Translations under genes and position numbers: made by a program
Shown here: positions 27,101-37,900 of the stretch, one piece after another
How the letters are laid out: each line of letters opens with the position of its first letter
Position numbering within the stretch: the stretch's first letter is position 1
The notes under the pieces: model-generated
Database searches by the model: none
What the model saw: only the letters and a program-made list of their open reading frames with translations
Told to the model about the DNA's origin: nothing
Source of the DNA: Azolla caroliniana
Taxonomy: Eukaryota; Plantae; Polypodiophyta
Direction: 5' to 3'
Assembly: GCA_043228905.1 (NCBI GenBank)
Contig: JBHGNT010000005.1
Location: forward strand, 12,090,001-12,154,000
Length of the DNA: 64,000 nt

Positions 27101-27333
27101 GTGACGATAAGGAGACAAAACAAGCCGAAGAAGAAGGAATAGGTGAAACCGGAACCGGCCAAGACCCCGAATCGGATTCGGATGAAGAACAAATAGAGGA
27201 GCCGGTTGCCGAAAGCCAAAGACGGAGATATCCTCTCAGAGAGAGAAGGCCCCCCCAAAGATTTCCAGATGAAGAGCATGTGCTGCTGACCGATGAGGGG
27301 GAGCCGGAAAGCTTTGAAGAAGCGAAGGACACC
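24157..27333 (+). mobile_element. Ty1/Copia element A1 (Tork/Tnt1-like): 5' LTR 24157-24799, PBS 24803-24814, gag-PR-IN, truncated before RT
   Basis: TG...CA LTR; tRNA-Met-type PBS tggtattagagc; gag MDDSLGGMFKLTGSNY; CCHC CFYCGKPGHFQENC; WVVDFGASFH; LWHKRLCH; integrase ADNGGEY; KLDPKTRPCIFLGYG. Confidence 0.93.
24249..24365 (+). repeat. ~40-bp tandem repeat (3 copies) in the Copia A1 LTR
   Basis: tgtggagtacccggcaacggaagacccggtgagaaccgta repeated. Confidence 0.85.
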
Positions 27334-28430
27334 GACATATCCTTCTATCAGACATTGCCCAACTCTTGTCGGAGTTGCAACTTTCGAGCCGTGGTGCTTG
27401 CAGTGAAGACCTTCTTTAGGTTTCCCCAAGCTTCCTTTAGCATCTTGGCATCCCGAATATGGCTCAATAGTTGAACGCCGACACTAGAAGCAAAGTAGTA
27501 CATCACCCTGCTTGCCTCTTGCTCCCAAGCTGGAAAGTCCCTGTGTGCCGCATCAAGTGCCGTATCGTTAGCTCCATCGACATAACTCCAGTAGCCATGC
27601 TCAATGAGGTATTGATGCATCTTGTACGACCAAGGTGCGTAGTTGGTTCTATGGAGCTTCTCCGTCAGGAGCGAGCTAACCATTCCTCGGTCCATTCTCT
27701 CCTTCTTGTTCTTTACCGGGCGTTATAGTTTGTCTGTAGAGATAGCTTGTCGGCAGTAGAGGTTCTCAACCCTCTCGCTCTGATACCATGTAAATGAAAG
27801 CATGTGGAAGTGTAGACAAATCGGCTTAGCCAGATAACAGAGTCACGCAGTGATGAAGCTTCTCCGTCAGGAGCGAGCTAACCATTCCTCGGTCCATTCT
27901 CTCCTTCTTGTTCTTTACCGGGCGTTATAGTTTGTCTGTAGAGATAGCTTGTCGGCAGTAGAGGTTCTCAACCCTCTCGCTCTGATACCATGTAAATGAA
28001 AGCATGTGGAAGTGTAGACAAATCGGCTTAGCCAGATAACAGAGTCACGCAGTGATGAAGGTTTAATGGAAAGCTTGAGTACATGAGAGAGACAGAGAGA
28101 GGAAAACAAAAACTTAATTCAAAATAATAACGCTCTATACATAGAATGTGCTTAGAGAGCACTTTTATACAAGTCTGTACACGGATTGACACAGGTACCA
28201 TAAGTACTTGGATGGTCATAAATGAGCCTCTACACTAACTCCAAGGAATATGCTACGTACTAGGCTCAGACCATAGGTAGCCAATGGCCTACCGGTTCAC
28301 ACTATTCCGGAGTACGATCCGATCAGGATACCAATCTATCTAGACACCGATCTAGGTACTTATCCGGTTCTCCGTTCCGGCTCTGGCTTATTCAGCCGAT
28401 CCAGATTTGGTTGAGTTTGGCCGCTCAACA
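27330..28430 (-). mobile_element. Copia family B 5' fragment (B3): LTR, PBS and start of gag, with a 202-bp tandem duplication
   Basis: gag MDRGMVSSLLTEKLHRTNY homologous to 42529-42978; PBS (gctctgatacca on +) abuts the LTR; LTR ends ...ctcaaca at 28430. Confidence 0.88.
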
Positions 28431-28636
28431 CCTATATTTGGGATATGGGTACGACATATTGTCGTCGTCTGTAGCCTGTACCGATGGTGTCGATGGGCGG
28501 TCATTTTCCTCCTCCGGTTGTCGTTCTATTAGTGTTTGCACGTGGTCGTTGTCTGCCTCTGGTTCTTGTTCCGGATTCCTCTCTTGTGCCGGTGGTCAGT
28601 ATCACAATTTCCGACTCTGGAGTCGGCGTGTGTCAT

Positions 28637-29144
28637 GTAAAAAGTAGGGTGTAGAAGCTTGAAGACCTAACCGACTTCACCGGATGTTAACAGAAAATAT
28701 ACACAACTTTAATGGAAGTTTCAAAACACAGAGAATACACGGACGAGACAGAGAGAGCAGAATAGTAAAACTCAATTCAAAATAATAACTCTCCGTGTAC
28801 ATAAAATGTCCTATAGAACACTTTTTATACAAGTCCTTAAAAGGATTGACAAAAGTATTGACATGTACTTCAATGCTACAGAAAATATACACAGGTTTAA
28901 TGGAAGTTTCAAAACACAGAGAATACACGAACAAGATAGAGAGAGCAGAACAGTAAAACTCAATTGAAAATAATAACTCTCTGTGTACATACAATGTCCT
29001 ACAGAACACTTTTTATACACGTCCTTAAAAAGGATTGACAAAAGTATTTACATGTACTTCAATGCTCATATTAGCAACTGATACAAACTCCCATATGCCT
29101 ACGTACTAGGCTAGATTCGTAGGCCTCTAATGGCCTACCAGTTC
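28637..29144 (-). mobile_element. Partial family-B LTR (B4) with a ~188-bp internal duplication, cut by insertion of element B2
   Basis: Begins tgtaaaaagtag like the LTR at 37521; shares aacactttttatacaagtcc and gtacttcaatgct blocks. Confidence 0.75.
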
Positions 29145-30752
29145 TATAAAAGTTAATATGCGGAAGCTTAGATAAACCGGCTCAGCTGGATAACAACAGT
29201 AAAGAAAAAATGAAGGTTTAAAGGGAGCTTGAGAATACACAATACACGAGAGGGAGAGAGAGAGAGCATAACAGAACAACTCAATTCAAAATAATAGCAC
29301 TTTGTACATACAAATGTCCTATAAAACACTTTTTATACAAGTCCTTAAAAGGACTGACAGAAGTATTAACAAGTACTTCAATTCTCATACGATCGACTGG
29401 CACTAACTCCAAGGAATATGCCTACGTACTAGGCTAGGATTGTAGGCCTCTAACGGCCTACCGATTACAATCCATCTCTGATCCGGCTCTTGGTTCCGGA
29501 TACCTATCCAGTTCTCTGTTTCGGATACCGATTCGGCTCTGCCTTATTCAGCCAATCCGCATTTGGTTGAGCTTGTCTGCTCAACATTCCCCCTTAAGCT
29601 CAACTTGAGGTCGGATCGGGGTGTCAGTGTCTGCCGGTCCTTTCCTCCGGCTCCTCCTGGCATCTTCCCCCCTTGCTCGTGCTCCTTGACCCGTCCGTTC
29701 CCGCTTTCCACGACCTGTCTGGTTCCACGCCTCTCGACCTTCTCGGTCGGCTTGTTTGCTCATAAGACCCATCTCAGGTTTATCATTGATGCGACTTTGG
29801 CGCTTCTTGACCCGTCGGTTCCTCTGTGTCAGTGTCAACTTCAGCTGCCTTCTCGTCCGTTTGGCCTTTAGTTGATTCGGCTTCACCGAATCAAACTCCT
29901 CTTCCGAATGATGTGCCTTTGATTCGTTCGAGCTCTTGTCCGAATTGGCTATCTCCAATTCTTCTTCAACCTCCAAGCCCTTCACCACGTCGGACCATGT
30001 CCAGGTCTTGGCCTTCTCATTCCGGTCGGCTCTGTCCTTCTTGACTCTACCGCCGTCGCCACTTGTTTTGACTTGTTTGGATGTGCCGACTTCTTCAGGC
30101 GACTCGGCTCCACTTTTCTTCTTGTCTCCCCCTACTTCAGTTGTTTCCTTCTTTCCGGCCTTTGCATGTTTTCCCAGTTTCCATTCCGGTTTCGGTTCTC
30201 CCCTTCAAGTGCGGCATGCCGAGATGCTGAAGACCAAGCATCTCCGAAAAATGCTGCAACTTGTCCAAGCTGAGATTTTTGGAGAAGATAAAGGCAACTT
30301 GCCGATCTGTCCGGACATACTGGAGTTCTACTTTACCACTGAGGACCTGCTCATGCACAAAGTGGTAATGCACTTCTATGTGCTTTGTCTGAGCATGGAC
30401 CACATGGTTCTTTGCTAGCTGCATGCATCTCATGTTGTCAGAGTAGATCGGGATCAGAGTCGATACTTCAATCTAGAGGTCTTGCAGCAGCCGCCGAAGC
30501 CAAATGGCTTCACAGGTGGCAATGGTAGCGCCCCGATACTCAGCCTTAGTGCTCAAAAGAGCCATTGTCGGCTGCTCCATGCAATAGTTGCGCTACCCAA
30601 AGAAAACATAAATCTGGATGTTGACCGCCGATCCGACGCATCACCGGCCCAGTCGGCATCTGTATATCCGACTGACTTCTCGGATATACCATGTCAGTAT
30701 AACAGTCCCCAGTCCTTAGTGCTGCTAACATACCTCAGTATTCGGTGCGCAC

Positions 30753-31916
30753 TGTCGCGGTAATCCGCGGTTGTATGTCGGATCTAGGCGGGACCACGGG
30801 GGTCATGGACTAGGAGGGGAGGAGTTGTTGGGAACTCGAATCCTCCGGAGCTTGCTGCGTTGCCGGGCGATTCAATCCTGGATACTCTCCGGACACGACC
30901 GGTAGCCACACGGGAAGTGAGGGAGTGCGCCCTCATCATTTCCGCCCCTTCCGCCCGTATGTACAAGGGGCCCAAAAGAGGCATGGGACACGGCCCGGTT
31001 AACCGCGCCCGCGCACACACTCTCACATATACACACTCGGTTACAACCGGCACCTCTACACCGGCGACCACACACACACCCGCTCTCGGACCCTATGCTA
31101 ACCGGAGACACACACACACACACCTACACACGCAACGCTCGTTGCGATGCCAATTCCACACGGAGATGAAGAGGGAGCCTGCATCCTAGGGCCAGTCGGG
31201 GAGCTCCCAAGCTCGTTCGTGCGACGAGACCCTCGTGCAGGGCACGACTCTTCCAGAACGACCACCTCCTATCGCCAAGCCGCCTTCAGGGTAGCGCACG
31301 GGCTCACTGAACCGAGTTGGGTCTTGTGCGCCAAGGAGGGAAACTTGCCAATGAACCACCCAGCACACGAGCTCTTTACAAGCGGCGGAAGCCAATGCCC
31401 ACACACATACAGACGTACCAAACCGTGGAGTACTGAGAACCAACAAGCAGGAACTCAGGGAAGGCACAGACAGTCCGCACGTTGCCCGCCACAACTAAAC
31501 ACGCCACCTATGCACGCACACAGATGACACCGAAACACCCTAACAGAGAATAGAGATCACACACACACCAAGGTGAAACCCTAATAGAGAATAGTGAAAG
31601 ACGTTATACATAGAAGTTCATTAACACTAAACGGAACCTCAAAACGAGGAACAAAACTGTTTGGGACCCAACAGGTGGGAACCCTTGTATAAGAAGCGCA
31701 CCCTCCCTTTTATAGAATAAGGTGAGGGTCGCGTGATTATGTGGGATAAATCCTGTGATACATGGGATCGTCCGTCCCGACTTTATTGCCGCTTGGCGTC
31801 ATAAAGACACGCCCATTTCCCTATACAAGTTCTACAAGAGTGGGTGCACATGGCGCACCTTGCCGATTCCTCTGATATTCCCCGGTTTCTCACTATGGCC
31901 AGGAATCTTCACGACA
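30753..31916. mobile_element. Solo LTR (TGTCG...CGACA group) inserted in Copia B2
   Basis: Termini TGTCG/CGACA, flanks GCAC/GCGC. Removing the element plus 4 bp restores the host frame EHL*CAHRILRY. Confidence 0.88.
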
Positions 31917-34900
31917 GCGCACTAAAGATGCTCCATGGATGACTTCTACATGAATTGACTGATCTCTCCGACTGGATAGCTAATGTCGGGTCAGGTGATC
32001 GTTAAATAAATAAGGCTTCCGACAATTTGTTGGAACCGTTTCTGTTAAGAGTTTATTACTAATCAATAGAACAAAGTAAAGTAAAAGAAGGAAAATAGAT
32101 TGGACAAAAGAACCCGTTCCACCATACACCCTCGAGCTATGATCTAGACATACCCAACCTACCACCGATGTCCCATACCGCCAGATATTAGGATGACTAA
32201 TACCTTGGAAGAGATAAACACGACCGTTGAGACGAAAGCCTAGCCCGCACCACCAGTGTCTAAGACAGTAGCCTTCCAACGTAATGTCCTTATGAGGGTA
32301 GCTAAGCCTCATATTTATACCTTTTCCTAGGCCCCTTGAATAGATGTGCCTTTCTAAAAGAGTCTCCATTCATTGGTTGACCAAATCATGATAGTGCATG
32401 CACCTATCATTCCTTGTATCCAATCCCATTAGCCCCTTTTTAACATTAGTGAACATACCCTTCACTAATGTAAATATTAGTGACCTACCCTCACCAACGT
32501 TATGTGTACATAACATACTCCCCTACTTTAAAAGATTGCACTCTTGCAATATAAAGTGAGGAAATTGTGCCTTAAGAGTATGCTCGTGTTCCTATGTGGC
32601 ATCATCAATAGTTTTATCCATCCATTTGATCTTGAATAGCCGAATCTCTTTAGAATGTAAATGTTTAGTACAAGAATTAAGAATTCGTTCAGGAACATGA
32701 TGTTTGTAAGAAAAATCCTCTAATGTTACAAGATCTTGGATTGTGATGGTGTTATCATGAGAGCCTAAAAATGGTTTTAGACGACTGACATGAAAAATAG
32801 GATGAATACCAACGTTACGGGGTAAGGCAAGGTGATAAGCAGATGACCCAACTCACTTAAGGATTTTAAATGGGCCACAATATCGTGGGGCTAAATTAGC
32901 GCACTTGCCCGTAGACAATGACGTAGAGTCAGTAGGGACACACAAAATAACTTTTTGACCAATAGTAAATGCACGAGGATGTCTCTCCTGATCAGCATAA
33001 AATCGAGCACGAGCTTGAGCTGTCTTGACATTTTCTTTGGCAATATGCAACATTTGGTTCATGTCTTGCAAAAAATTGCATGTACTGTCTAATGTATTAT
33101 GATGAATCATGACATCGACTGGGGCACGTGCTTGAAAACCATACACCAACATAAAAGGACTATATCTAGTGGATGTATGTTTAGAGCTATTATAGAGTAA
33201 TTCCAAGATAGGAAGGTATTGCTCCCACTTAGAAGGGGTTTTTGCTACATAAGCTAGAAGCATGTCCTCAATAATTTGATTAACTCGTTCAGTTTGTCCA
33301 TCAGACTGAGGATGATCTGCGGACTCATGCTCAACGTAGTTTCTAGTTTCTTAAAGACTTGAGTCCAAAAGTCACTAGTAAACTTGGAATCTTGATCACT
33401 AACAATATCCATCGGTAATCCATAAAAACGAAATAACTCATCAACAAATTGATAAGCCAATTGTTGAGCGGTTACCCTGGTTTTGGTAGGAATAAATCTA
33501 ACCAATTTTGTTAGTCTGTCAACGACAACCCAAATGGCGTCATGACCCCTTTGTGTATGAGGTAAACTAACAATAAAATCCAGTGAGATACTTCCCCATT
33601 TGTTGTTGGGAATATCTAAGGGATGTAAACGACCAACAACTTTAAGTCGTTCTGACTTATTAATCTGACATTGTAAGCATTGAGTTACGTATTTATGCAC
33701 GCTAGAGTGCATCTTAGGCCAGAAAAAAGTACTTGAGATGAGAACGAGTGTGCGTTGTATTCCAGGATGACCCACAGATGGTGCATCATGACATTCATGA
33801 AGAATTTTCTGTTTTACGTTTGGTAAATCTGGAACACAGACCTTTCCACTATGGTAGAGCAAACCATTTGTAATGTGAAAGGTCGCCTTCGAGGGTAGGG
33901 TGCTAGTAACGGCATCTAAACCAGATTCAGCTTTCGTCTAGTATTTTGAGAAATAACTGTCATCAAGGTATTTCCCTCAAAGGTGATCTAAAAGATAAGA
34001 TTTTCTTTCCGTGAAGCTAAGCATGTTAACTTCTTTAATGCGACTAAGAGCATCTGCAACGGTGTTCATAGAACTCTTGCGATATCGTATGGAAAAATCA
34101 AAATCTTGCATAAGGTCAGCCCAACGGCCTTTACGACCAACAAGATCTGGTTGGTCACATAAATACTTCAATGATTGATGGTCTATTGTAACCACAAATT
34201 TATTTCCATAGAGATAGTGCCGCCATGTTTTAAGTGCATGTATTACCGCAAACAACTCTTTCTCTTGAACCGAATATCGAGATTGAGCAGCATCAAGCTT
34301 CTTACTTTCAAAAGCAATAGGGTGGACGCCTTGATAAAGAACAACACCAATAGCATAATCACTAGCATCGGTTTCGATTGAGAAAGGCTTAGAAGGGTCT
34401 GGTAATAGAAGAGTGGGAGCCTGACACACATGCTCTTTGAGTGTCTCAAATGATTTGTCAAGTTGTTCATTCCATGCAATCAGTTTGACAGACTTACGTG
34501 GATGACCTTTTAAAAGCTCAGTTAATGGCGTAGTAAATTTGGAATAGTTACGAATTGATTTTCGTAAAAATCCAACAAATCCTAAGAATGATTGCAATTC
34601 ACGAATATTACAAGGAATGGGCCAAAGTTTAACTTTTTCAATATGAGAAGGTTCAATTTCAACACCATATTCCGTAATTAAATGACCTAGGTACACAATA
34701 GATTTTTGGAAAAAATCACATTTTGAATGTTTGCATAGAAAGAGTTGTCACGCAACTTTTGCAAAACAAATCGAACATGTTAAACATGATCTTGCAAGGT
34801 ACGACTATATATAAAAATATCATCCAAGAAGACGACAACAAAATCATTGAGTTGATCTCGGAAAACGTCATTCATTGCTTGTTGGAATGTGGCTGGAGCA

Positions 34901-37900
34901 TTAGTCAACCCGAAAGGCATGACTAAAAACTCATAATGGCCATAGCGTGTACGAAAAGCGGTTTTAGGAATATCATCCTCGGCAATGCGAATCTGTTGAT
35001 AACCTGTTCATAAGTCAATTTTCGTAAAATATCGGGCCCCATGCAAACGATCAATCAAATCATCGGCACGAGGTAATGGATATGCATTTTTAATTGTCAT
35101 TTTATTCAAATGGCGATAATTGATACACATTCGCCATGAACCTTCTTCTTAACTAATAGAACTGGCCCACCCCAAGGTGATTTACTATACCTAATGTGAC
35201 CCATAATCAAGTATTCCTTAAGTTGTTTAGCGATCTCATCCTCTTCTAATCGACTAAGTCGGTAAGGTGGAATGCTGACAAGAGTAGCACCGGGGATGAG
35301 TTCAATTTGATGGTCCACCTTACGTTTTGGTGGTAAAGTAAGCGGCAATTCGTTAGGAAACACATCTTGAAAATCATCTAAAATAGAGTCGAGTAATTGT
35401 TGTTCATAATGTGGTAATTGTGCGGTGTCAATATTAAAATAATAAAATTGAAGCGCAGGATCAATTACACACGAAAAAATTAATGAACTAGAATACTCAC
35501 TTAGAGATTTAGAAGACACAAGTAAACAAGAAGGAAGTTTGGAACATTGAATAAAATGTTTACAATTATTAAGTTTAAATGTGATTGAGTGATTAAACCA
35601 ATCAATGGACAAAGAAGGGTTTTTATTAAAAAACCAAGGGTATCCTGAAATGACATCTACGGATTGTAGTTTCATAACATGAAAGTCTACCTTCTCCAAA
35701 TAGGTATCTATTTGAATTGGCAGTTGACAAACAAAGCCGCTGATGTATTGAACACATCCATTTGCCATGTGAACTTGATAGATATGATCACTTGCGTTTA
35801 TATGGAGTTTCATTTGCTACAGAAAGTGATCATTAAGAAAATTACTTGTGTTCCATTGATATACCCGACTCCTCGGAGTAAATCATTAGGTCCAAGTAAA
35901 TGTGAAGGTAAAGTGCATTCACATGAACTTAGGTGGTTAGTATGAACTTCAACAACATCAAAAGACTCACCTGTGTGACTCATACATTTGTCTTGAGGAG
36001 GGGTGTTCATTGACTTCCTCTCAAGACAACGATAGGTATCCTTTGTGTGGCCCCGCTTCTTGCAATATGCACAGAAGAGGTTCAGTTTCTTGGAGTCACG
36101 GTCAAGAGTGTCATTGTATTGCTTACGTTTCCCAATGAACTTGACATTCAGATTTTTGGCAAACTCAGGTTTATTGTGGTTTTTCTTGGAAGTCCTATGG
36201 TACCGAAGTACAATGTTGACGACTTCCTCGAAAGTTGTGGGGTCCTTGTCATGGACAATCCAATGGTAATCCCCATTAGGAATACCATTCAAAAAGCAAG
36301 AAACAAACCATTTCTCACCTGTAGGTCCCGATATTTGGATCTAGGTCCGAGCATGATGCACATAATCCTCGAGAGAGGTAAATGGCTTACTCGACAACGT
36401 GAGCAAGTGTTGTGCTTGTTTAGTTTGAGAAGGTGGCTACAAAAACTGTTTCTTAAAAACATCAACGAAACCTTCCCAAGTCGTGGGTACGTTCTTTGCA
36501 GTCCTTAGGCCACGCCACCAAGCAGCAACTTGGCCACCTAACTCACAACTGCCATAACCAGTTTTACAGCATCGGGCTTGGGGTGGAGCTCAAAGTGAGA
36601 CTCCCAACGACCAAGCCAAGTGCTAATGGCCTCCTCGGCTCTTTCTTCCTTATCTCCCTTGAATGGCGTTACTACGAAAGAAGGCTCACCTTCTTTCTTG
36701 AACTCAATAGTCAATTCTTGGAATTTCATTTCCAATGCCATATTGGCCTACCTCATTTCGGCCAATTGATTAAAGGTAGTATTGAGCAATTGCTCAACAG
36801 TGATCTCAGCTTGTGTGCGAGATGCAGATTGGAGTTGAGAGGTCTCGATCGGAGAGATTGCTCCAACAATGTTTAAAACTTGTTCCATAATGCAAGCTGT
36901 GGTTATGCAATATAAATAAGGAGGTTCAAAAAATACACAAGCAAAATGAATGCTTGAAATTTTGGTTGGAAGAACTTTACCAAGAAAGCATCTCACGTCT
37001 TTACCCCTCTAGACATATGAGATGTGATTCGAGATCTGATAACTATGGTAACACTATGGTCTTTTAAAAACCATGGGGGAAAACATAGCTAAGATGTCTT
37101 TCTCGGATCTATATCTTGAATAATCATGGCGGCTCCCCGAGGCTCAACCATGGTTCTAACATCAATGTAGTTTCCTAGTTAGCCTTATATTAAAATGCCA
37201 ACCCAACATGTATTCATATGGTCGAGAAAGTGTATTACGTGAAAAAGCAAGTGCACTCGCAAGTAATATTCTAGTCTTGCGAGTAACAAGCAAATGTGAT
37301 GATAGAAATGATAAAATAAGGCACTACCCATTAGAGGCAAGTAGTGACGAAAACAAGGGTCAAAAAACCCATGTGCTACCTACTGAAAAAACAATGTCAC
37401 AAATAAATGGATGGTGCGAGGTATGCACATATACATCCAAATATGGTGGTTGTAATTTGCACAATTGTGACATAAGCCACAAATTGATACAAATGGTGGT
37501 GGTATTGTGCGCAAAGATGTTGTAAAAAGTAGCGTGCGGAAGCAAGTATGAAGACCGAACAGAAGGAAGAAAACTCAGGTTTAGTGGAGAGCTTGAGCTT
37601 TACGCAGTATATGCGGGAGAGACAGAGAGAGTGAGAGAACACACACAAACTATATTCAAGAACAACAACACAATCTCTATTCACCACACTCTATACATAT
37701 GTGTGTTCAATGAACACTTTTATACAAGTCCTAGAAGGACTGACCGAAGTACTGACAATACTTCAATGCTCATTAAGAGCTCCTACACCAACTCCCAAAT
37801 ATATTCCTCACGAAATATCTTTCCTAATGCCCCCCTCAGCTTCTTCAGCCGATCCGGCCGATGTTGAGCTTGTCTCTCAACACTCCCCCTCAAGCTCAAC

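Noticed and set aside
30747-31922. 6-bp TSD GCGCAC around the solo LTR
   Set aside because: A perfect match, but removing 6 bp puts the host Copia out of frame, while 4 bp restores it and agrees with the sister insertions.
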